Source of the DNA: Candidatus Babelota bacterium
GTDB taxonomy: Bacteria > Babelota > Babeliae > Babelales > Vermiphilaceae
Assembly: GCA_039809905.1 (NCBI GenBank)
Contig: JBDHVY010000001.1
Coordinates: 1,020,001-1,052,000, forward strand
Direction: 5' to 3'
DNA: 32,000 nucleotides
Positions within the stretch are counted from its first letter, which is position 1. The number at the start of each line of letters is the position of its first letter. Below are positions 8,632 through 16,788 of the stretch, in pieces. The notes under the pieces are model-generated. The model was not told the origin of the DNA and did no database searches. It was given only the letters and a program-made list of their open reading frames with translations. Made by a program: the position numbers and the translations under genes.

Positions 8632-10883
8632 AAAAAAGAATTCGCATCTTAGTTTTATCAATTTTTTTCTCGTTTAATGTTTCTTGTGCGATGGAAAAAG
8701 ATGAAATACCTCTTCTATATCTAGCATATGTAGGAATGGTAGGTGTATTTTTTGGTGCAATAATTGGTAAAATAGTGAAAAATTATTGCGCAATAAAAGA
8801 ACTTGCAAATAAAAAAGAAGAACTTACGCGCCAAATAAAAGAAGAAAAAGAGATTCAGAAATTCGCATCTGAGAAAGAACGTGAGATAACTGAGCTACAT
8901 AAAGCTTGTGAGTCTAATGATATAGAAAAAGTTGCATCATTATTAGAAAGCAAAAAATTCGATATTAATGCGCAATATAAAACAAATGATGGGTGGTATA
9001 GCCAGAAAGATAAAACGCCTTTACATGTCGCCTGTGAAAGTGGAAACGAAGACATTGTCGACCTTTTGCTTTCGCAAAATGATATAGATCTTACGATACA
9101 AGATTTGCAAGGCAATACTGCGTTTCATATAGCATGCAGCAAAGAAAATGTATATATAGTCAAAAACTTATTTTTATGTGATAAAAAATTTGATATCAAC
9201 CTAAAAAATAAAAAAGAACAAACTCCTTTAACTTTAGCCTATCTTAATAAATCTTATGATGTTTTTTCATTCCTTTTAGAGCTGGAAGACATTGATCCAA
9301 TGGAAACTTTATGCGTTGCTTGTTATTACAACGATAGTGTGAGTTTTGAGAGATTATTAAAGCATAAAAACATTGAATTTCAGGATAATCGCGCGTTATA
9401 TGTGGCATGTAGAATGGGGTATGTTGAGATGGTTCGCACGTTACTCGAATACAATAAAAATGATTGCATGAAGGTTAATGAATTAGTGAAAGTAGATGCT
9501 GAATGGTATCGAGAAAAACCAAGTGGTTGGCCCTATCGTTGCTATAACCCGCTTCTTATAACTTGTTGGGAATTGATAACACCAAGAAATATTTTGTATA
9601 AAAGTGAGAGGAAAACTGGTTTTATTCGTGAAAAATTTATTGAAATCATAAAATTATTACTTGCGCATCAATTTATTGATGTGAGTAAAAAAGTTGGAAA
9701 TTCTTGTCAAAGCAATGATGAAACATATGAAAGCGTAATTCATTTGGTTGTTTCTGATTCAGAACTATTACAATTATTATTAGCAAAAGATGCATCGTTT
9801 ATTAACGTAAAATGTTACCAAGAAACGCCTCTAGAGATCGCTATCAAAGAAGGTAATATAGATTCGGTTAGATTGCTCATTAAGCATGGAGCTGATATAT
9901 TTACAGAGGATTATCGAGGATACAATGCATTGGGATTGGCATGTGAAAGTGTGGCACAAGATAGCAATAATGCCTCAAGGATAGATATAGCTAAAGAATT
10001 GTTAGAAGCATACAATTTTTCAGGTAAGGAATGTATGGAAAAAGATATACGTTGTTTATCTGAGTGTTTATATTTACTGATTTCTAAAAAAGGAACAACG
10101 CATAAAGATATATGTAATCAATTGCTCTTATATGGAGCGGATCCCCATTATACGATTCGAAAACTGTGGTATGAAAAAACACAGAAAAAGTGTAAGTTCT
10201 ATCCAGAAAAAAAGAAAAACTTTTTTTCTTCTCCTGCATTAAAAGCCGCAAAATATGATGTGCCTATTCTCAATATATTCCTCAATAAGCACCCTATAGC
10301 TTTTACTCAGAGAAATCATCGTGAACATACTATACTTTTTAGAGCTTTTATGTTTAATCAGATACAGCGTCTGGAAGAAGTTCAGTATTTTAAAGATCTT
10401 GATCAACAACAAAAACAAAAAGAGATTAAATCGGAGCTTTGCAATCTTATATACTGTGTTCCAAGCGATATTATTAAACTGGACAAGTATGATTTCTATG
10501 AAAAGAAAAAAGAAAATGCGAATAATACCATACAACGTCTGTATACTTTTGCAGCAACATGCAATGGTTATGCTAAAATAGATACTCAGATGCTCGAGGC
10601 TGCATATATACATGCAAAAGCAAGATCATATCTTGATGCTGATGGTAATTGGCAACGAGGTGTTTGGTTGGCAGAGCGTGAAGCTAATGGAGATCATTAT
10701 GTTGAGGTGAATGAGACTTATAATGAACTAACTTTACATGCGCTTATCCAGCACATTAATCCTCAAACACCTGAGCAGAAAGCTGATAAGGCAATTGCGC
10801 TTAAATATAAAGAAAATCCCACACAATATTATTTGTCTTATAAGAAAAAGGATATTAAGGATTATTTTTTAAGTATGGCATAA
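8628..10883 (+). CDS. Ankyrin-repeat protein, paralog 2 (751 aa), same architecture as 6298..8631
   Basis: Long identical blocks are shared with paralog 1: IDPMETLCVACY, EFQDNRALYVACRMG, IREKFIEIIKLLL, FFSSPALKAAKYDV and QLLLYGADPH. The start overlaps the stop of paralog 1 (ATGA). Confidence 0.85.
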   Translation: MKKRIRILVLSIFFSFNVSCAMEKDEIPLLYLAYVGMVGVFFGAIIGKIVKNYCAIKELANKKEELTRQIKEEKEIQKFASEKEREITELHKACESNDIEKVASLLESKKFDINAQYKTNDGWYSQKDKTPLHVACESGNEDIVDLLLSQNDIDLTIQDLQGNTAFHIACSKENVYIVKNLFLCDKKFDINLKNKKEQTPLTLAYLNKSYDVFSFLLELEDIDPMETLCVACYYNDSVSFERLLKHKNIEFQDNRALYVACRMGYVEMVRTLLEYNKNDCMKVNELVKVDAEWYREKPSGWPYRCYNPLLITCWELITPRNILYKSERKTGFIREKFIEIIKLLLAHQFIDVSKKVGNSCQSNDETYESVIHLVVSDSELLQLLLAKDASFINVKCYQETPLEIAIKEGNIDSVRLLIKHGADIFTEDYRGYNALGLACESVAQDSNNASRIDIAKELLEAYNFSGKECMEKDIRCLSECLYLLISKKGTTHKDICNQLLLYGADPHYTIRKLWYEKTQKKCKFYPEKKKNFFSSPALKAAKYDVPILNIFLNKHPIAFTQRNHREHTILFRAFMFNQIQRLEEVQYFKDLDQQQKQKEIKSELCNLIYCVPSDIIKLDKYDFYEKKKENANNTIQRLYTFAATCNGYAKIDTQMLEAAYIHAKARSYLDADGNWQRGVWLAEREANGDHYVEVNETYNELTLHALIQHINPQTPEQKADKAIALKYKENPTQYYLSYKKKDIKDYFLSMA

Positions 10884-10901
10884 AATGTAATATAATCAGC
10901 A

Positions 10902-11030
10902 TCAGAAATTATTAACGATACGCTCTTTGGTTATCTTATCGATTTTTTTTTGTTGACGAGTTCTCTTTCTGCAACTGGGAAATAAAGTAAATAATAATGT
11001 GCATAATAACATAATTGTTCTTATATCCAT
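10902..11030 (-). CDS. Possible small membrane peptide (42 aa)
   Basis: I translated this by hand: MDIRTIMLLCTLLFTLFPSCRKRTRQQKKIDKITKERIVNNF. AAGGGA lies upstream of the ATG. The product has a hydrophobic N-terminus and a basic tail. It is below the size cutoff of the ORF track. Confidence 0.25.
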   Translation of the reverse strand: MDIRTIMLLCTLLFTLFPSCRKRTRQQKKIDKITKERIVNNF

Positions 11031-11136
11031 AAACGTCCCTTTTTAATTAGCTCCATGCTCCATTATAGTGCTCAGAACCACTATACAAAATTATAACGAT
11101 CATTTACAATGCAAGCATATGTTTATAAGGAATTAC

Positions 11137-11475
11137 ATGAAAAATATTCTCTTTTTATCTGGTGTGCTCTCTGTAAGATTGATTTTTGGCATGAGCTATA
11201 AAGATGTCTTAATAGAAAATAATAGCAACCGTACCATATCAATTGGATATAAAGACCCAGCTTGTTGTATAGTAGAAAAGTTGCAGCCACATAAGCGACT
11301 TGTTTTAGACTCCTCTATTCCTTTTCTTATTATTCGTTATCAAAATAATCAGCATAAGATCCGTCTAGAAAATATCGGATACCATTTTGTTGTAGAAGCA
11401 AAAAAAGATGGTAATGAAGGTGATTTGATAATACGTGAATATGATGATCGATATATTTTAAAGCGCAATAGTTAA
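11137..11475 (+). CDS. Small secreted protein, member 1 of a three-gene tandem set (112 aa)
   Basis: I chose the internal ATG at 11137 because AAGGAA lies upstream and the product begins with the signal-like MKNILFLSGVLSVRLIFG. The track ORF starts at 11068. Confidence 0.5.
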   Translation: MKNILFLSGVLSVRLIFGMSYKDVLIENNSNRTISIGYKDPACCIVEKLQPHKRLVLDSSIPFLIIRYQNNQHKIRLENIGYHFVVEAKKDGNEGDLIIREYDDRYILKRNS

Positions 11476-11496
11476 TTCTTATAAAAGAGGTTTTAT

Positions 11497-11868
11497 ATGC
11501 ATCATGGCAAGGTCTTTTTAATAATAAATATCTTCATTATTGGAATATCTTCAAAGAGCATTGTGGGAATGGAAAGGCTTTCTATTGAAAATAGATGTAA
11601 ACATTCCATTAAGATTAAATGTATAGTTACTGCTCCAAATCATACCTATGAGATAATGTCTTACTCATCATTTGATGTTAAAGTATCTGCAGGCAAGAAA
11701 AAAGATCTGCAATCATTAGAGTATATAAAAGTAAATCTAAAAAAATCAGAAACAAAACACTTAGTAGATGTTGCTTTGGCAAGATCACTTGTTATTAGCC
11801 AAAATAAAAGTAATCTGGATGAAATAGAGATTAATGGTTTTGTTTTTCAACTTGTTAAAGTAAAGTAA
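11497..11868 (+). CDS. Small secreted protein, member 2 (123 aa)
   Basis: The RBS is AAGAGG. The hydrophobic N-terminus is KVFLIINIFIIGISS. Confidence 0.5.
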   Translation: MHHGKVFLIINIFIIGISSKSIVGMERLSIENRCKHSIKIKCIVTAPNHTYEIMSYSSFDVKVSAGKKKDLQSLEYIKVNLKKSETKHLVDVALARSLVISQNKSNLDEIEINGFVFQLVKVK

Positions 11869-11907
11869 TGAAGATGGCAAGAGATTCAATATAAGCAAAG
11901 GAGAGCG

Positions 11908-12282
11908 ATGAAGCGTGTTATAGTTATCAGCACTTTATTGGTTGTTAGCAATATTTTTTCATCCGAAAAATTAGTTGTTACCAATCAGACGAATAGATGG
12001 ATTCGTATATTGTATGCCCATTCAAAATCTCCACATGTGTTTGGTGAAGACAGATTACTACCTGACCATATATCAGTGGCTCCTCGTGAAATAAAAAAAA
12101 TGCCACATACATCAATAAATCCTAAAACAATTGGTTTAGAGGTTGCTAATAAAATTTTGAGGGATTTTGACCGTATTCCTGTTGATCCTGAAAATAGGCA
12201 TATTATTGTTACAGAAGCGGTGCCCGGAGAATTTAAGCTTTTTCAGAATGATGCTATGATAGCATGTGTACGAATTAAGTGA
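11908..12282 (+). CDS. Small secreted protein, member 3 (124 aa)
   Basis: The RBS is AAAGGAGAG. The signal peptide is MKRVIVISTLLVVSNIFS. Confidence 0.5.
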   Translation: MKRVIVISTLLVVSNIFSSEKLVVTNQTNRWIRILYAHSKSPHVFGEDRLLPDHISVAPREIKKMPHTSINPKTIGLEVANKILRDFDRIPVDPENRHIIVTEAVPGEFKLFQNDAMIACVRIK

Positions 12283-12295
12283 TTTTTGTTGCAAC

Positions 12296-12328
12296 AAAAA
12301 AAGCCGCCTTTAAAAAAGCGGCTTTTTT
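12296..12328. terminator. Bidirectional intrinsic terminator between convergent units
   Basis: The sequence is AAAAAAAGCCGCCTTTAAAAAAGCGGCTTTTTT. A GCCGC/GCGGC stem is flanked by an A-run on the left and a T-run on the right, so a hairpin followed by a U-tract forms on either strand. Confidence 0.8.
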
Positions 12329-12353
12329 AATAAGTTGATTTTCTGATTAATGC

Positions 12354-12539
12354 TTAAAATTTTGCATTAGACTTTTGATCGTTATCAGTATCTATTTCTT
12401 CTGTTTCGAAAATGGTATTGTCCATCTCAATCATGGTGTTGATTTCTGGCTGAGTAGATTGGATCTTTTTTTTGTTGCATGCTGGAGCAAATGTTAATAC
12501 AGTGATGCAAATCAATGAAGAAAATAACTGCTTGTTCAT
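12354..12539 (-). CDS. Small putative lipoprotein or secreted peptide (61 aa) downstream of lon
   Basis: The RBS ACGGAG lies 7 nt upstream. The N-terminus MNKQLFSSLICITVLTFAPAC-NKKK has a lipobox-like Cys. The tail is acidic. Confidence 0.45.
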   Translation of the reverse strand: MNKQLFSSLICITVLTFAPACNKKKIQSTQPEINTMIEMDNTIFETEEIDTDNDQKSNAKF

Positions 12540-12562
12540 GATGAACTCCGTTGTAAGTATGT

Positions 12563-14995
12563 TTATAATGTTTTTGCTTTAGCTTTTTTAGTTGGACGCT
12601 TTTTCATTGGTCTTATTTTTGCATCAAAAGGATTTTTTTCAAAGGCAATTTTCAGCACTTCATCCATGTTGCTTGCAAATTTAATGTTTAAACCATCCAA
12701 AGACATCTCTTTTTTAATGTCTTGTAAATCATCATAATTTTCTTGAGGCATAATAATAGTAGGACATCCATGTTGTTTTGCCGCAAGAATTTTCTCTTTA
12801 AGCCCACCAATGGAAAGAATTCTTCCTTGTAAGGTGATTTCACCAGTCATGGCTAGCTTTTGCTTTGTTGGATTATTAGTAAGAGCAGAAACGAGTGCGG
12901 TACAAATAGTTATGCCAGCAGAAGGGCCATCTTTTGGTGTTGCACCTTCAGGGATATGTAGATGAATATCATTGGCGGAGTAAAAACTTGGTTTTAATCC
13001 CAAATCTTTTGCACGCGATCTGATATAACTCATCGCTGCTTGTGCTGATTCTTGCATCACTTCACCTAATTGTCCTGTGAGTGTAAGTCCGCCTTTTCCG
13101 GTAAGTACTGATGTTTCAATTTCTAAAACATCACCGCCAACCTCTGTCCACGCTAAACCTGTTGCAAGGCCGATTCGTTCTTTTTTCTGACTCATGCTGG
13201 TTTTTTTATTAACCGATGTTCCAAGCCATTCTAAAACAATAGCTTTAGTAATGGTATGAGATTTAATTTTTTCATCTTTCAAAAGCAGCTGAATAGTTTT
13301 ACGCATCAGTTTTGCAATCAAACGTTCAAGCTGACGTACACCAGCTTCTTTGGTGTATTCATCAATAATAGATAAAATAACCTCATCGGAAATAATAAAT
13401 TGTTTTTTTGTTAAGTTATATTCTTTTAAATTCTTTGGAATAAGAAATTGATTAGTGATTGCAAGCTTTTCATATTCTGAATAACCAGAAAGATGTACAA
13501 TTTCCAGACGATCATATAAAGGATATGGAATTTGATCCATCATGTTTGCGGTAGCAATAAACATAACCTGTGATAAATCATACCCAATATCAAGAAAGTG
13601 ATCGGTAAAGTTCTTATTCTGTTCTGAATCAAGTACCTCGAGTAATGCTGCTGAAGGATCACCATGCATATCGCGAGACATTTTATCAATTTCATCAAGT
13701 AAAATAACCGGATTTACAACACTTGCTTTTTTCATTGCTTGGATAATTTTACCTGGCAATGCACCAATGTATGTACGTCTGTGTCCGCGAATTTCAGCTT
13801 CATCTCGTACGCCACCCAATGAAATACGGATAAATTCTCGTCCCATGCTTTCTGCAATAGAGCGAGCTAATGATGTTTTACCCACTCCTGGAGGGCCGAC
13901 AAGACAAATAACTGGTGAGCGATGTAAATTTTTAGAGAATTTTTTTGCTGCAATAAATTCGATAATACGTTCTTTTGCTTTTTTTAATCCTGCATGATTC
14001 TTATCTAAAATTTTTTCAGCTTCGGCAATATTAATAGTATCTTTGCTGGCTTTTTGCCATGGCAATGAAAGAATCCAATCAATATAATTTCTGCTGACAA
14101 CAGCTTCTGATGAAAGTGGTGGCATCTGTTCAAGTCTTTTCAATTCACTTTCGGCTTTTTGTTGTGCTTCTTTAGTAAGTCCAGCGTTTTTTATTTTTTG
14201 GCGCATAGAGGCAATCTCTTCTGATTGATCCTCGCGACCCAATTCTTTTTGAATAGCTTTCATTTGTTCGTGGAGATAATATTCACGTTGGTTTTTATCA
14301 ACCTGAGTCTGAATTTGTCCACGAATGCGTTGCTCTGTTTGTAATATATCAATCTCTTTTTCCAAGAAATAACATAATTTAAGCATACGTAGGCTCAAAT
14401 CAGGCAATTCGAGGATAGATTGTCGTTCTTCAAGAGATAAATTATTGATATGAACAGCAATGGTATCTACCATAAAATCTATGTCTTGGATTGATTTTAC
14501 ATTGGCAGTAAGGTCTGATGGTGCTTTGTCATTAAGTGTCGAATACATGGTATATAATTGTAGGGTTTCTCGCCATGTTGCTTCAAGCTCAGTAGACAGT
14601 TTCACGTTAGGAGTTGCAAGATCTTCATATTTAACTTTAATAAAGCCATCTTCATGATTTTCAAAAGCAACCGCTTTTGCCCGACAAAGACCTTCAGCAA
14701 GTATTTTTAATGGTCCGTTTGGTGTGCGCATAACTTGTAAAATAGTCGAGCGAGTACCATAGGTAAAGACATCGTCATGAGTTGGCGTTTCTGTATTAGC
14801 ATCTTTTTGTGCAGAAACAAAAAGCATTCGATCTGTTTTTAAAGCATGTTCTACAGCTTTAATTGATATATCGCGGCCAACAATGACAGGAATAATGCTT
14901 TTAGGCAGCATTGCTATATTTTTAAGTGGCAAAAGGGGCAAAAACTCTTCAGATGCTGTTATCGGTGCCAATTTTTTATTTTTTTCTTTTTTCAT
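12563..14995 (-). CDS. lon: ATP-dependent Lon protease
   Basis: There is an N-terminal LON substrate-binding region, the Walker A motif GPPGVGKTS, the Walker B motif ILLDEIDK, and the proteolytic Ser motif PKDGPSAG. The strong RBS AAAGGGGGAAG precedes the start. Confidence 0.95.
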   Translation of the reverse strand: MKKEKNKKLAPITASEEFLPLLPLKNIAMLPKSIIPVIVGRDISIKAVEHALKTDRMLFVSAQKDANTETPTHDDVFTYGTRSTILQVMRTPNGPLKILAEGLCRAKAVAFENHEDGFIKVKYEDLATPNVKLSTELEATWRETLQLYTMYSTLNDKAPSDLTANVKSIQDIDFMVDTIAVHINNLSLEERQSILELPDLSLRMLKLCYFLEKEIDILQTEQRIRGQIQTQVDKNQREYYLHEQMKAIQKELGREDQSEEIASMRQKIKNAGLTKEAQQKAESELKRLEQMPPLSSEAVVSRNYIDWILSLPWQKASKDTINIAEAEKILDKNHAGLKKAKERIIEFIAAKKFSKNLHRSPVICLVGPPGVGKTSLARSIAESMGREFIRISLGGVRDEAEIRGHRRTYIGALPGKIIQAMKKASVVNPVILLDEIDKMSRDMHGDPSAALLEVLDSEQNKNFTDHFLDIGYDLSQVMFIATANMMDQIPYPLYDRLEIVHLSGYSEYEKLAITNQFLIPKNLKEYNLTKKQFIISDEVILSIIDEYTKEAGVRQLERLIAKLMRKTIQLLLKDEKIKSHTITKAIVLEWLGTSVNKKTSMSQKKERIGLATGLAWTEVGGDVLEIETSVLTGKGGLTLTGQLGEVMQESAQAAMSYIRSRAKDLGLKPSFYSANDIHLHIPEGATPKDGPSAGITICTALVSALTNNPTKQKLAMTGEITLQGRILSIGGLKEKILAAKQHGCPTIIMPQENYDDLQDIKKEMSLDGLNIKFASNMDEVLKIAFEKNPFDAKIRPMKKRPTKKAKAKTL

Positions 14996-15260
14996 AGTGC
15001 TTCCCCCTTTGGATGATTATAAGCGGTCTTATTCCTTTTAAGAGTAGATTATTGCCGTGTTTTGTCAATCAAAAGATATGTTTCTAATTGAATTATGTTG
15101 ACTGCGAGAAATGATTATCGCAATATAACAAGAAAAAAAATGACCTTATAGTGATGATTTTAATAATATAATTTTTACAAATCATTAATCCTCTGCTAAA
15201 TTTATGAGGGTAAAGTAAGTTTTTACAGTAATAATATTATTTTTATTCGGAAGGGTGTCG

Positions 15261-16619
15261 ATGTTAAAACGTCTTGCGACGATGCTTTGGGGAAATTTTG
15301 AGAGTAGGGAAGAGCTGAAAAAATTTGGCATTCTTGCTCTTATTTTTTGTGGAATAATTGCGATTTATTGGGCGCTTCGTCCAATGAAAGATAGTATTTT
15401 TAATGCGATGGTTGGTGTTGCATGGCAGCCATATGCGAAGATCCTTTCTCTTTTTGTTATTTTTCCTATAGTAATTCTCTATAGTAAACTTGTTGATACC
15501 TTTCCTCGTCATAAAGTTTTTTATTTCTTAACAGCTCTTTATGGTGTTATAGCTTTGGTCATGTTCTTTTGCTTCTCCGATTCTTCAATGGGGCTTGCAA
15601 ATACGGTAAAAAGCCCAACACGTATCCTTGGCTGGGTATGGTATATTTGGGTTGAAAGCTTTGGTTCATTGATGGTAGCTCTTTTCTGGGCTATTGTGAC
15701 TGATATCACTGCTCCAGAATCAGCAAAACGAGGATTTCCGTTAATTGCTCTTTTTGGTCAAGTAGGAAACATGGTTGGGCCATTCTTTTTGAATGCAAAA
15801 GCTTTAGGTTTCTCTAACAGTGCGCCGGTAGTAGGTATTTTAGCTGGAATGTTGTTCTTGATAGGATTTATGTTCTGGGTATTTATGCATGTTACTCCTG
15901 CTCACCAATTAAAAGGGTATAGAGCAGAAGGTGAAGAAGAAGTTGAAAGCGAACCAGGGTTTTTTGAAGGGTTGAAACTCTTAGTAACTCAAGGATATTT
16001 GCTTGGCTTGTTCTTGATCATCACTATTTACGAAGTTATTGTGACAATTTTAGATTATCACTTTAAATGCAGTGTGGCAGAATCATTTGTCAACGAAGCT
16101 GAAGTTGGTTCTTACTTAGCATCATATGCAACATGGACTGGCCTTGTTTCAACATTGTGCGTTTTGTTAGGTATAAATAGTATACAACGTATTTTGGGTA
16201 TGCGTGCATCATTGTTAATGCTTCCGGCATTAACCACTGCAGCGGTTATTTTGATTAAAATGAACCCGCAATCACTCGTTATTGCTTTCTGGATCATGGT
16301 ATTCTCAAAAGCAGTTAACTATGCGTTGAATCAGCCAACATTAAAACAACTTTATATTCCAACATCTAAAGATACTAAATATAAAGCACAAGCATGGATT
16401 GAAATGTTTGGTGGGCGTCTATCAAAAGGAAGCGGATCGTATATTAATACATTCCGTGCGCCAATGTTAGCTCATTATAATGCTATTGATGGTGTTGCTC
16501 GCTTCCTGATGTTTAGTTCAATTATTTCCTTTGGTCTTGTTGGCGTATGGCTTTTAGTTGCAATTTATGTTGCTAAAAGATATGACAAAGCAATCAAAGA
16601 AAAACGTATTGTTTGCTAA
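15261..16619 (+). CDS. tlc: Nucleotide (ATP/ADP) transporter, Tlc/NTT family (TC 2.A.12), copy 1
   Basis: The protein is polytopic. Family blocks are RPMKDSIF near the N-terminus, LFWAIVTDITAPESAKRGFPLIALFGQVGN, and NQPTLKQLYIPTSKDTKYKAQAWIEMFGGRLSKGSGS. These correspond to the Rickettsia Tlc1 blocks LFWQFAN.IT..EAKRFY and IPLD...KGQA...GGR.GKSGG as I recall them. I prefer the ATG at 15261 (GGAAGGG upstream) over the track's GTG at 15255. Confidence 0.85.
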   Translation: MLKRLATMLWGNFESREELKKFGILALIFCGIIAIYWALRPMKDSIFNAMVGVAWQPYAKILSLFVIFPIVILYSKLVDTFPRHKVFYFLTALYGVIALVMFFCFSDSSMGLANTVKSPTRILGWVWYIWVESFGSLMVALFWAIVTDITAPESAKRGFPLIALFGQVGNMVGPFFLNAKALGFSNSAPVVGILAGMLFLIGFMFWVFMHVTPAHQLKGYRAEGEEEVESEPGFFEGLKLLVTQGYLLGLFLIITIYEVIVTILDYHFKCSVAESFVNEAEVGSYLASYATWTGLVSTLCVLLGINSIQRILGMRASLLMLPALTTAAVILIKMNPQSLVIAFWIMVFSKAVNYALNQPTLKQLYIPTSKDTKYKAQAWIEMFGGRLSKGSGSYINTFRAPMLAHYNAIDGVARFLMFSSIISFGLVGVWLLVAIYVAKRYDKAIKEKRIVC

Positions 16620-16644
16620 TATATATGCATAATAAATAAAAAAA

Positions 16645-16677
16645 GGCCTTCTAATTAATCTTTTAGAAGGCTTTTTT
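16645..16677 (+). terminator. Intrinsic terminator after transporter copy 1
   Basis: The stem GCCTTCTAA (16645-16653) / TTAGAAGGC (16662-16670) has an 8-nt loop and is followed by T7. Confidence 0.85.
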
Positions 16678-16730
16678 TGGGTAAAAACAGTATTGTGATT
16701 GATAAGGACTCTATTTCATCCCCGATCTTC

Positions 16731-16773
16731 AATGGGGTCCTTAACGAAGAATGCGAAGCTGGGGTTAAAAGGG
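16731..16773 (+). repeat. GC-rich hairpin repeat, copy A (divergent)
   Basis: AATGGGGTCCTTAACGAAGAATGCGAAGCTGGGGTTAAAAGGG aligns with the copies at 19560 and 19649. It lies between the terminator and the ATG at 16789. Confidence 0.5.
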
Positions 16774-16788
16774 TTTGGGTTAATTAGG

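Noticed and set aside
10239-10613. ORFs antisense to or out of frame within ankyrin paralog 2 (10239..10613 -, 10321..10581 +). Similar internal ORFs lie in ankyrin paralog 1, lon, recJ, cca, argS, dnaX, tsf and frr.
   Set aside because: They are fully nested in strongly supported genes. Their AT-rich, low-complexity translations (runs of I/F/L/K/N) are typical of shadow ORFs.
6298-10883. The ankyrin pair as a mobile element, prophage remnant or toxin-antitoxin pair
   Set aside because: There are no recombinase or phage genes, no flanking repeats, and no tRNA-adjacent integration signature. The two genes are full-length paralogs of each other, not a small toxin/antidote pair.
15098-15200. 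Candidate promoters in the lon/transporter divergent spacer (TTGACT at 15098; TTTACA-N17-TAAATT near 15174-15202)
   Set aside because: Several equally weak hexamer pairs exist in this AT-rich spacer. None can be preferred without 5'-end data.
15255-15260. GTG start for transporter copy 1 (ORF track)
   Set aside because: The ATG two codons downstream (15261) has better spacing to GGAAGGG. The difference is trivial.
16699-16788. TTG-initiated 30-codon N-terminal extension of the second nucleotide transporter (start given in the ORF track)
   Set aside because: It begins only ~20 nt after a strong terminator and has no RBS. It is occupied by hairpin-repeat copy A. The ATG at 16789 gives an N-terminus that aligns with the paralog. 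The spacing of the AGG just before 16789 is poor, so the start remains somewhat uncertain.
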